A stretch of DNA of 64,000 nucleotides from an uncultured Candidatus Rokubacteria bacterium (GTDB lineage Bacteria; Methylomirabilota; Methylomirabilia; Rokubacteriales; DASRDR01). The stretch is taken from positions 1 to 64,000 of the forward strand of contig CAVPSB010000024.1 in assembly GCA_963708025.1 (NCBI GenBank), given 5' to 3'. Positions 39,249-50,426 of this stretch are shown in pieces; the first letter of the stretch is position 1; each line of letters starts with the position of its first letter. A program made the position numbers and the translations under genes. A model generated the notes under the pieces. That model did no database searches and had not been told where the DNA came from. It saw only the letters and a program-made list of their open reading frames with translations.

Positions 39249-39520
39249 TCAGTCGGGCCGGGGGGGAGCTCCGCGCTCCTCCCCCGGCCCCCCCCTCGGG
39301 TTTCTCCTCGCTACCCGTCCTCGGGACGCCTTCACCGCGCTAGTCGGGCCGCGGGAGCTCGCGCTCCTCCCCCGGCCCCCCCCTCCGGGTTTCTCCTCGC
39401 TCACCCGTCCTCGGTGACGCTTCACCGCGCTTCAGTCGGGCCGGGGGGGCTCCGCGCTCCTCCCCGGCCCTCGGTTTCTCCTCGCTACCCGTCCTCGGCG
39501 ACGACTCCATCGTGGCTCAG
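39249..39520. repeat. Three tandem ~90-bp units (family B)
   Basis: Unit tcagtcgggccggggg..gctccgcgctcctccccggccccc..ggtttctcctcgctacccgtcctcgg..cttcaccgcgc. Confidence 0.9.
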
Positions 39521-40228
39521 TCGCCTTCGCGGGCCAGCAGGTAGCCGATGCCCCGCACCGTCTTGATGTGGCGCGGCTCCCGGGGGTTGGCCTCGAGCTT
39601 GGCCCGCAGCCGGGAGATGTGGACGTCGATCGACCGGTCGAAGGCCTCGAACGCCTCCCCCTTGAGGGCGTCGAGGAGCTGCTCCCGCGAGAGCACGCGA
39701 CCGGCCGCCCGGGCCAGGGCGGAGAGCAGCTCGAACTCGTAGTGCGTCAGGATCGGCCGCCGGCCGGCGACGGTGACCTCGCGGGCGTCGAAGTCGATCT
39801 CGAGGCTCCCCGAGCGGAAGCGCGGCGTGCCCGCGGGGGCCCCCGCCGCTCCGCTCCGCCGCAGCACGGCCCGGATGCGGGCGAGCAGCTCCCGGGGATT
39901 GAAGGGCTTGGCGAGGTAGTCGTCGGCCCCCAGCTCGAGCCCGACGATGCGGTCGAACGTCCTCCCCCTTGGCGGTCAGCATCACGACCGGGACCGAGGC
40001 CAGCCCGGGGGTGGCCCGGAGGCGCCGGCAGACGGCCAGCCCGTCCGCCCCGGGCAGCATCACGTCGAGCAGGACCACGTCGAAGCGGCGCTTCCGGAGG
40101 GCCGCGAGGCCGCGCTCCCCATCGCCGGCGACGGTGACGTCGATCTCGTTCCGGCCGAGATACTCCGCCACCAGCGCGCCCAAACGGGCGTCGTCGTCGA
40201 TGAGCAGCGCGGCCACGCGGGTCGCCAC
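39517..40228 (-). CDS. OmpR-family response regulator (CpxR-like); frameshift near 39955
   Basis: LIDDD, LLDVMLP, GADDYLAKPFNPREL, RSIDVHISRLR. Confidence 0.88.
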
Positions 40229-40240
40229 GCCCCTACACTA

Positions 40241-40357
40241 TCAGTTGGGACCTCCCGCCCACCCCCCCAACCCCCCTCCCCCACCATTCGACGGCCTTCG
40301 GCCTTTGGCTGGGGGGAGGGGGGAGCCGGAGGACCCCATTCCTTCACACGCTCTCAG
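40241..40357. repeat. Family A repeat with GGCC-GAA-GGCC module
   Basis: Bounded by tcagttg on both sides. Confidence 0.85.
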
Positions 40358-40821
40358 TTGAAGTGGCCGGCCCGGTGGGCCCGCACGTAGTCGGCCACCT
40401 CCTTGCGCTGGGCCGTCGTCAGGACGTCGTGGGCCTCCACCAGGGCCTGGTGAATCGCTTCCCGCACGCGCTGCCGTCCGGCCTCCGCCTGCTGGTGGAG
40501 CGCCTCCACCTGGGCGGGGTCCACCTGGTCGGCTTCGAACAGGGCCAGCCCCTCCTCGAGGTGGGAGTGCCGGCCGGCCCGGACCTCCTCCACCGTCGCG
40601 AACACCCGGTCGCGGGCGGCGTAGATCACCCGGCGCTGCTCGCCGGTCGCCTGGGCCTTGTCCAGCGCGTCGTCGATCGCCGCCGACACCATCCGCTTCA
40701 TGATGCCGGCCCGCCAGCCGCCGTGCGCGTGGGCAGCGCCGGTGCCGACGGCGACCCCCGCGCCGACCGCCAGGCTCGCCGCGATCCCTGCCGCCAGTCC
40801 GATCATCGTCCGTCGCTCCAT
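40354..40821 (-). CDS. Spy/CpxP-family periplasmic protein
   Basis: Signal peptide; ATGEQR and VLTTAQR (LTxxQ-like); upstream of the RR-HK pair. Confidence 0.8.
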   Translation of the reverse strand: MERRTMIGLAAGIAASLAVGAGVAVGTGAAHAHGGWRAGIMKRMVSAAIDDALDKAQATGEQRRVIYAARDRVFATVEEVRAGRHSHLEEGLALFEADQVDPAQVEALHQQAEAGRQRVREAIHQALVEAHDVLTTAQRKEVADYVRAHRAGHFN

Positions 40822-40950
40822 GGTCGTCCTCCTCCATCCCGGCCGCGACGGGTCCGTCGCGGCCCCGGGCTGTCTGGGTTTCGCAGGCGCGTGCCCGGCC
40901 TGCTTGCCTGGAAGGATGGCGGACGGGAATTGCCGGCGTGTGTGCGCCGT

Positions 40951-40965
40951 GTAAAGTTTCGTGAA
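40951..40965. promoter_or_regulatory. CpxR-type box
   Basis: GTAAA-N5-GTGAA, 130 bp upstream of the Spy/CpxP gene. Confidence 0.5.
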
Positions 40966-40972
40966 GCGGAGG

Positions 40973-41287
40973 CTACCCCCAGCGAAAGACACTCGCCGCG
41001 ACGACCAGCGACAGCACGGTCGCGCCCCACAGCGGCGTCCCCATCAGCGCGAGCCAGATCAGATGGAGGAACGCGGCGGCGAGCAACGAGATGAACAGTC
41101 GGTCTCCGCGTGTCGTATTGAATGCCAGGATGCCCCGCCGAGGAGCGCCGCCCGGCGAGAGCCACTCCCAGATGCTCATGCCGACGAGCAGCAGACCGAT
41201 GAACGTGAAGAACGCCGCCGTCTGCCACGTCCATGCCATCCAGCTCATCGGCATCGAGCGCCTTCCCGCATTTGCATCCCGCTCCAC
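40973..41287 (-). CDS. DUF2160 small membrane protein of glycerol ABC clusters (start may be 41254)
   Basis: WMAWTWQTAAFF...TTRGDRLFISLL. Confidence 0.85.
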   Translation of the reverse strand: MERDANAGRRSMPMSWMAWTWQTAAFFTFIGLLLVGMSIWEWLSPGGAPRRGILAFNTTRGDRLFISLLAAAFLHLIWLALMGTPLWGATVLSLVVAASVFRWG

Positions 41288-41320
41288 GCCATGCGCATCT
41301 CGACGATTCGCGCCGACCCG

Positions 41321-42120
41321 TCACACCCGGCCGAGCGAGAATCCCTTCGCGATGTAGTTGCGAACGAAGTAGATCACGACCGCCCCCGGAACGATCGTCA
41401 ACGCGCCCGCCGCTGCCAGCAAGCCGAGCTCATAGCCGGACGTGCTTGCCGTGCGGGTCATCGTCGCCGCGATCGGCTTGGCCTCGACCGAGGTCAGAGT
41501 CTTGGCCAGGAGCAACTCGACCCAAGAGAACATGAAGCAGAAGAACGCTGCCACGCCGATACCGGCAGCGATCCCCGGCAGGAGAAACTTGACGAAAAAC
41601 TGCCCGAACGAATAGCCGTCGATGAAGGCCAACTCGTCGAGCTCCTTCGGGATCCCCGATATGAAGCCCTCCAGGATCCAGACCGCGAGCGGAACGTTGA
41701 ACAGGCAGTGCGCCAGTGCGACCGCGATGTGCGTATCGAACAGTCCGACCGCCGAGTAGAGTTGGAAGAATGGCAGTGCGAACACCGCCGCCGGCGCCAT
41801 CCGGTTGCTCAACAGCCAGAAGAACAGGTGCTTGTCGCCGAGGAACCGGTACCGGGAGAACGCGTAGGCCGCCGGCAGTGCCACTGCCACCGACAGCACC
41901 GTGTTGATCACGACGTAGATCAGCGAATTGATGTAGCCCCTGTACCACGTGGGATCCGTGAAGATCCGACGGTAGTTCTCGAACGTGAAGTTCTGTGGCC
42001 ACAACGTGAAGCTGCCGAGGATCTCGTTGGTGTTCTTGAACGACATGCACAGGAGCCAGTAGATGGGCAGCATCAGAAACGCGATGTAGAGCGCAGGCAC
42101 GAGCCACTTGATGCGCTTCA

Positions 42121-42121
<1 letters not shown>
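41321..42121 (-). CDS. Carbohydrate ABC transporter permease
   Basis: IPKELDELAFIDG EAA-like loop. Confidence 0.9.
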
Positions 42122-42987
<866 letters not shown>

Positions 42988-42994
42988 GTTCCCC

Positions 42995-44062
42995 TCACCC
43001 CGCGAGCCAGCCGTCGACATACACCTGCGTGAACGTGGTGTCGAAGCTCACATGCGCGGCCCCCGTCGGCACCGCCTCGTGCTCGTCGATCAGCAGCCGG
43101 ATCACCGTCTCGTCGTGTCGGGTTTCGACGATCTGGTGTCGCCCCGCGTCGCTGACCCTGACCACCCGCACGGGAATTCCGGTCTCGGCGAATCGAACGA
43201 ATTCCGGCCGGACTCCGATCTCGGTCCGGGCGCCGGCCGGCGCCTTGGTGACGGAGTTCGCGGTCCGAATCGGCTGCCCGGCGAAGCGCGCCACGCCGTT
43301 CTCCAGCTCGCATGTCAGAATGTTCATGCCCGGCGAGCCAATGAAGTGGCCGACAAAGGTGTGCCGCGGCCGTTCAAAGAGCTCCACCGGCGTGCCGGCC
43401 TGCACGACCGTGCCCTCGTGCATCACGACCACTTGATCGGCGAAGGTCATCGCCTCGGTCTGGTCGTGAGTCACGTAGATCATGGTGATGCCGATGCGCT
43501 GGTGCAACTCCTTGAGCTTGGAGCGCAGGCGCCACTTGAGATGCGGATCGATCACCGTCAGCGGTTCGTCGAGCATGATCACGTTCACGTCCGACCGAAC
43601 CAAGCCGCGGCCCAGCGAGATCTTCTGCTTGCCGTCGGCGGTCAGTCCCGATGCGCGCAGCGGCAGCATCGCTTCCAGATCGAGCAATGCCGCGATCTCG
43701 TGCACTCTTGCCTTCACCTGCGACTCGCGCACGCCGCGATTGCGCAGCGGGAAGGCGAGATTGTCGTACACGGTCATCGTGTCGTAGACGACGGGAAACT
43801 GGAACACTTGCGCGATGTTGCGATCATCCGGCGGGCTGCCGGTCACGTCCACGTCGCCGAAGAGTATGCGCCCCGCGGTCGGCCGCAGAAGGCCCGAAAC
43901 GATGTCCAGCAAGGTCGTCTTGCCGCAACCGGACGGGCCGAGCAGCGCGTAGGCTCCACCGTCAGCCCATTGGAGATCGATCCCCTTGAGGGCCCAATCC
44001 GACTCACGCGTCGGCCTTGGCACGTAACTGTGTCGTAGTTGCTCGAGGCTGACGCGGGCCAT
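42995..44062 (-). CDS. ABC transporter ATP-binding protein
   Basis: GPSGCGKT; degenerate signature LTADGKQK typical of glycerol ABC systems. Confidence 0.9.
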   Translation of the reverse strand: MARVSLEQLRHSYVPRPTRESDWALKGIDLQWADGGAYALLGPSGCGKTTLLDIVSGLLRPTAGRILFGDVDVTGSPPDDRNIAQVFQFPVVYDTMTVYDNLAFPLRNRGVRESQVKARVHEIAALLDLEAMLPLRASGLTADGKQKISLGRGLVRSDVNVIMLDEPLTVIDPHLKWRLRSKLKELHQRIGITMIYVTHDQTEAMTFADQVVVMHEGTVVQAGTPVELFERPRHTFVGHFIGSPGMNILTCELENGVARFAGQPIRTANSVTKAPAGARTEIGVRPEFVRFAETGIPVRVVRVSDAGRHQIVETRHDETVIRLLIDEHEAVPTGAAHVSFDTTFTQVYVDGWLAG

Positions 44063-44075
44063 CCTTGGCGTCAGT

Positions 44076-45143
44076 TCAGTCGGCGACTCGGGAGCCGTCC
44101 GACCCGAAGTATAGACATCTGGCGACGTCCAGCTCGAAGCGCGCCGTTGCGCCCACCTTGAAACCGTGCACACCGTGTGAGAGCGAGACCCAGGTCAGCC
44201 CACCGAGGTCAAAGTGAATCACGCTCTCCGATCCACTGATCTCGGCGATCAGTACCCGGCAATCCACTTCCACGCCGCGGCCCCGACCCGGCGCGGGCAG
44301 CACGTGATGCGGTCGCAGGCCGATCGTGTAGGCGCCATCGGGCAGCGCGCGTAGGCTGCCCTCGGCGGTCCAGCTCACCAGCTCCGACAGCTTGATCCGA
44401 TCCCCGTGCTTGACGACATTCGCCGTGTTGATCGGCGGGTCGGAAAAGACCCGCGCCGTGGTCAAATCGACCGGGCGCCGGTAGACCGCTCCGTTCGGGC
44501 CGTACTGCGTGATGCGTCCCTCGTGGACGGTCGCGGTGTGTCCGCCCAGCAGGAGCGCCTCCGACGGCTCACTCGTCGCGTAGACGACGGTGCAGGCGCG
44601 GTCCGCGAAAAGGCGAGGCAACTCGTCGCGCAAGCCTTCGCGAAGTTTGTAGTCGAGATTGGCCAGTGGTTCATCGAGCAGCACCAGGTCGGCATCCTTG
44701 ATCAGCGCCCGCGCGAGAGCGGTGCGCTGCTGCTGTCCGCCGGACAGCTCGGACGGCTTGCGTTCCAGGAAGGGCGTCAGCTGCAGCAGCTCGGCGATCT
44801 GGCCGACGCGCTCCCTGACCGTCGCCTCTTCAACCCGCGCGACGCGCAACGGCGACGCGATGTTCTCGTACACGGAGAGGTTCGGGTAGTTGATGAACTG
44901 CTGGAAGACCATGGAGACCTTGCGCTTCTGAACGGGCACGCCGGTCACGTTGCGACCATCGAACCAGATCTCGCCCGAGCTCGGATGAACCAGCCCGGCC
45001 ATCAGTTGCATGAGGGTGGTTTTGCCGGCCAGGGTCGTGCCGAGAAGGATATTGAATCCGCCCGACTGCAGCTCGATGCTCGTCTCGTGGATGTGCGTCT
45101 GCCCACCGACGCGCCGGACGACCTTCTTGAGCGCGAGCGTCAC
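44076..45143 (-). CDS. ABC transporter ATP-binding protein
   Basis: GTTLAGKT; LSGGQQQR; LLDEP. Confidence 0.9.
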   Translation of the reverse strand: MTLALKKVVRRVGGQTHIHETSIELQSGGFNILLGTTLAGKTTLMQLMAGLVHPSSGEIWFDGRNVTGVPVQKRKVSMVFQQFINYPNLSVYENIASPLRVARVEEATVRERVGQIAELLQLTPFLERKPSELSGGQQQRTALARALIKDADLVLLDEPLANLDYKLREGLRDELPRLFADRACTVVYATSEPSEALLLGGHTATVHEGRITQYGPNGAVYRRPVDLTTARVFSDPPINTANVVKHGDRIKLSELVSWTAEGSLRALPDGAYTIGLRPHHVLPAPGRGRGVEVDCRVLIAEISGSESVIHFDLGGLTWVSLSHGVHGFKVGATARFELDVARCLYFGSDGSRVAD

Positions 45144-45193
45144 GGTTCCGAATCCAGAGGGGCGGCACACTCCAAACCGCTGTCAGTCGACGC

Positions 45194-45220
45194 GGACGGG
45201 GAGCCCACGGCTCCCCGTCC
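45194..45220. terminator. Stem-loop after the substrate-binding gene
   Basis: ggacggggagcc-cac-ggctccccgtcc, 12-bp stem. Confidence 0.55.
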
Positions 45221-45249
45221 TCTCGTCGCGTGGTGACCCGCCGACTCCG

Positions 45250-46992
45250 TTAGCGCTTGGTCCAGCGCTTGACGAGCTCATCGTAGTCGATCGTGACTCC
45301 CTTCGGCTTCTCGTTGGCGAGCTTGGCCTTCGGACCGTTCGGCTTGCCGAGCCACTCGCTCGGATCCTTCTCGGGATTGAGCCGCGGGCCGCAGCCGCCG
45401 TAGACTTTGTCCTTCTTGTCGGCGTCCTCCATGCGCGCCATCACCTGGTCCATCTCCTTGGCAAGCCGGTCCATCGCTTGCTGCGGCGTGAAGGCGCCCG
45501 AGTTCACGTCACCGATGTTCTGCCACCAGAGCTGCGCAAGCTTCGGGTAGTCCGGCACGTTGACGCCCGTCGGTGTCCACCTCACCCGGTCGGGCGATCG
45601 ATAGAACTCGACCAGCCCTCCGAGCTTGGGCGCACGGTCGGTGAAGGATTTGTGGTTGATATCCGAATCGCGAATGATGGTCAGACCCACGTGACTCTTC
45701 TTCAGCGAGACCGTCTTCGAGATGACGAACTGGCCGTACAGCCAGGCGGCCTTGCGGCGAGCGACCGGCGTCGACTTGAACAGCGTCCACGATCCGGCGT
45801 CCTGGTAGCCGAGCTTCATGCCCTCTTCCCAGTACGGCCCGTGCGGAGACGGCGCCATGCGCCACAGCGGATTGCCCTTGTCGTCGACGGTGTTGTTGCC
45901 GGCGCTCTTCGGCGCGACCATGGACGCGGTGAACGCAGTGTACCAGAAGATCTGCTGCGCCACGTTACCCTGGGCCAGCGCCGGCAGCGACTGATAGAAG
46001 TCGTAGTCGGCGGCTCCGGGCGGCGCGTACTTCCGCAGCCATTCGTCCCACTTGCGGACCGCGTAGACCGCAGCGGGACCATTCGTCTCGCCGCCGCGCG
46101 ACACGGACGCGCCGGACGGGTTGCACGAGCCCGGCTCCATCCGGATGCCCCACTCGTCGATCGGCCGGCCGTTCGGCAGACCCTTCGAGCTCGCGCCCGC
46201 CATCGACAGCCAGGCATCCGTCATCCGCCAGCCAAGGTCGGGCGCGCGCTTGCCATAGTCCATGTGGCCGTAGATGCGGACGCCGTCGATCATCTTCACA
46301 TGCACGGAGAAGAACTCGGCGATGTCCTCGTATGCGGACCAGTCGACCGGGACCCCCAGCTCGTAGCCGTAGATCTCCTTGAACTTCTGTCTCAGCTCCG
46401 GCCGCTTGAACCAGTCGTAACGGAACCAGTACAGGTTGGCGAACTGCTGGTCCGGCAGTTGCCAGAGCTTGCCATCCGGCCCGGTGGTGAACGATTTGCC
46501 GATGAAGTCGTTGACGTCCAGCGTCGGCAGCGTGACGTCCTTGCCTTCCCCCGCCATCCAGTCGGTCAGATTGACCGCCGACTGCAGACGCGAGTGCGTC
46601 CCGATCAGATCCGAGTCGTTGATGTAGGCGTCGTAGAGATTCCGGTTGGTCTGCATCTGCGTCTGCACGGCCTGCACGACTTCACCTTCGCCGAGCAGCT
46701 GGTGGTTCACCTTGATCCCGGTGATCTCCTGGAATGCCTTGGTCAGCACCTTGGATTCGTACTCGTGCGTCGGGATCGTCTCCGACAGGACGTTGATTTC
46801 CATGCCCTTGAAAGGCTTCGCGGCATTGATGAACCACTCCAGCTCCTTCAGCTGCTGCTCCTTCGTCAGCGTGGAGGGCTGGAACTCCTTGTCGACCCAC
46901 TTCTTTGCCTCGTCCATGCCCGCATGGGCGGGGACGAAGGCCGCCGCGACGGCGAGGGCTAGCGTCGCCCCCAACTTTCGGTACGTCGTCAT
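45250..46992 (-). CDS. ABC substrate-binding protein, glycerol-uptake (GlpV-like) type
   Basis: Signal peptide; EFQPSTL, SETIPTHEYES, LPDQQFANLYWFR, NVPDYPKLA. Confidence 0.85.
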   Translation of the reverse strand: MTTYRKLGATLALAVAAAFVPAHAGMDEAKKWVDKEFQPSTLTKEQQLKELEWFINAAKPFKGMEINVLSETIPTHEYESKVLTKAFQEITGIKVNHQLLGEGEVVQAVQTQMQTNRNLYDAYINDSDLIGTHSRLQSAVNLTDWMAGEGKDVTLPTLDVNDFIGKSFTTGPDGKLWQLPDQQFANLYWFRYDWFKRPELRQKFKEIYGYELGVPVDWSAYEDIAEFFSVHVKMIDGVRIYGHMDYGKRAPDLGWRMTDAWLSMAGASSKGLPNGRPIDEWGIRMEPGSCNPSGASVSRGGETNGPAAVYAVRKWDEWLRKYAPPGAADYDFYQSLPALAQGNVAQQIFWYTAFTASMVAPKSAGNNTVDDKGNPLWRMAPSPHGPYWEEGMKLGYQDAGSWTLFKSTPVARRKAAWLYGQFVISKTVSLKKSHVGLTIIRDSDINHKSFTDRAPKLGGLVEFYRSPDRVRWTPTGVNVPDYPKLAQLWWQNIGDVNSGAFTPQQAMDRLAKEMDQVMARMEDADKKDKVYGGCGPRLNPEKDPSEWLGKPNGPKAKLANEKPKGVTIDYDELVKRWTKR

Positions 46993-47058
46993 GTTCGCTC
47001 CTCTCCTTTGAGGTGGAACGGCCGTGGAACCGCTGGCCCCGGGGGAACTGCCGGCCCA

Positions 47059-47137
47059 ATCCTATGAGCGAAACAAAACGAATGTCAATAGACAGAAAAC
47101 CCTTGCCTTGTGACCCCAAGAACGAAATAATACGAAA
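47059..47137. promoter_or_regulatory. Divergent promoter region with two CGAAW-N5-CGAAW sites
   Basis: CGAAACAAAACGAAT (47069-47083) and CGAAATAATACGAAA (47123-47137); minus-strand TTGACA-N18-TAGGAT brackets the first site. Confidence 0.6.
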
Positions 47138-47165
47138 CCGGATCGCCAAACCAGGGACAGGACCA

Positions 47166-47960
47166 ATGCCGCTTCTCACGCCGCGCCAGACCGACATCAT
47201 CGCGTTGGCCCGCGACTCCGGCCGTCTCGACGTCGACTCGCTGGCGACCCACTTCGGCGTCACCCCGCAAACGATCCGCAAGGACCTGAACCAGCTGTGC
47301 GACCAGGGACTGCTGCAGCGCTATCACGGCGGGGCCATGCTGCCCTCGGGCGTCGCCAACCTGGCCTACGGGGCACGTCGTCAGCTCGCGACGGACGCGA
47401 AGCGCCGAATCGGTCTCAAGACGGCCCAGCTGATTCCGAACGACTGCTCGTTGCTGATCAACATCGGCACGACCACCGAGCAGGTCGCCACTGCCCTGCG
47501 CTCGCACGCGGGGCTGATGGTGATCACCAACAACATCAACGTGGTGAACATCCTCCAGGGCTACACGGGCGTCGAGGTGATCGTCGCGAGCGGAGTGCTG
47601 CGCCACTCCGACGGCGGTATCGTGGGCGAGGCCGCGGTCGACTTCATCAGCCAGTTCAAGGTCGACTACGCGATCATCGGCACGTCGGCGATCGATGAGG
47701 ACGGCACGCTTCTCGACTACGACTACCGCGAAGTGAAGGTGTCGCGGAAGATCGTCGAGAACAGCCGCCGCGTGATCCTCGTCGCCGACAGCCTGAAGTA
47801 CGGGCGGTCGGCGCCGGTGCGCATCGGTCACATCTCCGAGATGAGCCACTTCGTCACGGACGCCGCGCCGCCCGCGCGCCTGCGCCGGATCTGCGAGGAC
47901 CACGGTGTGGTGCTGGACGTCGCGGCCGACGGCAGCAACAAGGGGCAGGCGAGAGCGTAG
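47166..47960 (+). CDS. glpR: DeoR/GlpR-family transcriptional repressor
   Basis: FGVTPQTIRKDL, RYHGGA, INIGTTTE, LLDYDYREV. Confidence 0.85.
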   Translation: MPLLTPRQTDIIALARDSGRLDVDSLATHFGVTPQTIRKDLNQLCDQGLLQRYHGGAMLPSGVANLAYGARRQLATDAKRRIGLKTAQLIPNDCSLLINIGTTTEQVATALRSHAGLMVITNNINVVNILQGYTGVEVIVASGVLRHSDGGIVGEAAVDFISQFKVDYAIIGTSAIDEDGTLLDYDYREVKVSRKIVENSRRVILVADSLKYGRSAPVRIGHISEMSHFVTDAAPPARLRRICEDHGVVLDVAADGSNKGQARA

Positions 47961-47979
47961 GCCCTACGGGGCGGCCGCC

Positions 47980-50013
47980 CTACTTCTTGCTGGTGTCGGG
48001 AACGGGCGCGCCCTGAGCCGCCGGTGGCCCCGACGACGCGCTGCGGACGGGGCCCGGTCCCGTGCTCGTCACGGTCTCCCGGGCGATCGCGCGCACCTTG
48101 CGGTCGTTGCCCCGCCACCACCAGAGCCGCCGCCGAGCGATCGCGTCCAGGATCTCCCGGGCTTCGGGCCGACCGGTGGCGGCCAGCGAGGCGATCAGCT
48201 CGCGCTTGACGAGGATGTCGGCGACCGTCCGGGTCGGGCTGGCGAGGAAGTCGCGGATGGGCGCGACGCTCCCGGCCTCGACCAGGGCCTGGATGGCCTT
48301 GAGCGCCGCCCGCCGCACCTCGATCTCCCCGTCGGCCAGGCACTCCAGGAGCCAGCGGATCGCGCGCCGGCCGCCGAGGACGCCCATCACGCGCGCCACC
48401 TCCCGGCGGACCATGGGGTGAGGATGGGCCATGACCTTGACCACGGCGTCGAGCGTCGCCGCGCTGCCCACCTGCCCCAGCAGCGTGACCATGCTCCGGA
48501 CGACGGTCCAGCGCTTGTCGGCCAGGCGGGCCCGGATCGCGGCTTCCGCATCCGGACCCATGGTCTCCAGCACCGCCACCAGCCGGATCCGTGCGGGCCC
48601 TTCGGGCTCGTCACCGAGGATGTCGATGAACTCCTCGACGCCCTCCCGGGCCAGCGCCTTGAGGTAGGCCGCGGCATCGCGGACATGATCGGTGCGGTCC
48701 TCCCGGCGCAGCAGGTCGGCGAGCCGCGTGATGTGGGCCCGTCCGGCCAGCCGGCGGCGCAGGAGCTGGTAGCGGCGCTGATGCTCGGCGTGCCACTCCG
48801 GCCGCAGCCGCTCGGGCTCGGCGAACCACCGCACGATGCCCAGCGCGATCGGGAGCTGGCCCTGCCCGAGCGCGTCGTTGCCCGCCTCCTCCAGGACTTC
48901 CCCGAGAAGGACCGGATAGCCCTCGGACTCCGTCTCGCCGACCAGGTGATAGAGGACGGTGACGCTGTGCTCGAGCACGCGCTCCGGCGCGCAGCCGGCC
49001 CGGACGGCCTCGCGAACCGGCGCCAGGAGCGGGTCGTCTTCCGCGATGATGGGCTCCAGGGGCGTCGCCGCGACCTGCTTCTCGGTGATGGCGTCCTCGA
49101 GGCTCTCGCTGATCCGGGTCTTGATCCACTCCTCCATGGGCGAGGCCTCGATGTCCACCCGGAGCTGCTGGAGCACCTCGACCGGGATCAGCCCGGCCAG
49201 CTCCGCGAAGTCGTCCCCCGAGAACCGCCCGAGCAGCTTGACGATGTTGGAATCGCTCCGCACGGCCGGCATGAGCCAGACGGCGAGCGCCTCCGTCCGG
49301 AGCGGCTCGTTGAGCGCCATCATCGACTCGGTCAGGGTGCGATAGCGGAGCTCGCGATCCGGCTCGACCTCGAACAGCGGGATGAGCATCTGGATCCCCC
49401 GGGCGACGATCAGGGCGGGCTCGTCACCCCGGGCCAGCTCGCTCAGCCAGGCCGAGAGTCGCACGCGGTCGTAGGTGATCTCGCGAAAGGCCGCCTCCAC
49501 CCCCTCCAGGATCTCCAGCACGGCGGCCTCGAGCAGATCCGGTCCGACGGCGGCGGTCGCCACCCCCTCCGCCTGGTGGTAGCGGGAGAGGGAGCCGCCG
49601 AGCGCGATGTGGCCTTTCGTCTGGAGGTCCGGGGGTCGGGCCTCGTCGCTGGCCTCGGCGCTCCGGGGGCCGGCGTTGAGGAACTCGAGGAGCTCCCGCA
49701 GCTCGCCGGCCTCGACACCGGCGGCGATGGAGATCTCGGTGATCTTCCGGGTCGCCAGCTCGAAGCGGAAAGCCTCCAGTGCCCGGTCGCGCGTCGGCAG
49801 CTGCCCGCCGTCCCACTCGAATCCGCCCTGGGTCACCTGGAGGCGCAGGAGGGCTCGATCGCGCAACAGGCTCTCGGCGGCGCGGTGCAGGCGCTGGACC
49901 CACTCGACGGCCAGGGGGTTCGCTGCCGGATAGAGCCTCAGGGCCTTGCGGGCCCCGAGCAGCTCCTTCAGGAACCCCTCGATGACCTCGGGCGGCGCCG
50001 GTTCGAGCTTCAT
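47980..50013 (-). CDS. HEAT-repeat domain protein
   Basis: N-terminal ALRLYPAANP; C-terminal HEAT repeats (LADKRWTVVR, HPHPMVRREV, DGEIEVRRAA). Confidence 0.75.
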   Translation of the reverse strand: MKLEPAPPEVIEGFLKELLGARKALRLYPAANPLAVEWVQRLHRAAESLLRDRALLRLQVTQGGFEWDGGQLPTRDRALEAFRFELATRKITEISIAAGVEAGELRELLEFLNAGPRSAEASDEARPPDLQTKGHIALGGSLSRYHQAEGVATAAVGPDLLEAAVLEILEGVEAAFREITYDRVRLSAWLSELARGDEPALIVARGIQMLIPLFEVEPDRELRYRTLTESMMALNEPLRTEALAVWLMPAVRSDSNIVKLLGRFSGDDFAELAGLIPVEVLQQLRVDIEASPMEEWIKTRISESLEDAITEKQVAATPLEPIIAEDDPLLAPVREAVRAGCAPERVLEHSVTVLYHLVGETESEGYPVLLGEVLEEAGNDALGQGQLPIALGIVRWFAEPERLRPEWHAEHQRRYQLLRRRLAGRAHITRLADLLRREDRTDHVRDAAAYLKALAREGVEEFIDILGDEPEGPARIRLVAVLETMGPDAEAAIRARLADKRWTVVRSMVTLLGQVGSAATLDAVVKVMAHPHPMVRREVARVMGVLGGRRAIRWLLECLADGEIEVRRAALKAIQALVEAGSVAPIRDFLASPTRTVADILVKRELIASLAATGRPEAREILDAIARRRLWWWRGNDRKVRAIARETVTSTGPGPVRSASSGPPAAQGAPVPDTSKK

Positions 50014-50119
50014 GTGCCTCTAAAATAGGCCTAGGCCGAGCGGCCGTCGAAGATTTCTTGGGCACGGGCTCCGGTCCCAGATGAGCCGGATATCCGCGGC
50101 GGCCCTCGCGGTCCGCGCC

Positions 50120-50426
50120 TCAGAAGGCGATCGCCAGGCCGATGCGGAGGACGATGTCGGGGCCGTCATGGGCCAGCCCTCCGGCCAGGGCGGCGTCGAG
50201 CGTGATCGCCCGGGTCAGCGCCCAGGCGACGCCCCCACGGATCAGCGCGGTGTCCCCGCCGCGCCCCGTGCTCACGGTGCCGACGACCTCGCCCACCAGC
50301 CAGGGACGCCGTTCCCGGGTCCTGCGTCTCGGTGTCGTCGGTGTCGAGCGGCCGGGTTGCCCCGACCGGCTCCGCCGCCAGCGCCAGGACCAGCGCGATC
50401 GCCCCGGCGGCGAGGCGTCGGGTCAC
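50120..50426 (-). pseudogene. Truncated putative outer-membrane transporter-like protein
   Basis: Signal peptide plus RPLDTDDTET N-terminus and LRIGLAIAF* beta-signal, but only ~100 codons. Confidence 0.4.

Noticed and set aside
39249-39520. CRISPR array
   Set aside because: Units are near-identical over their full ~90 bp with no unique spacers, and no cas genes are present
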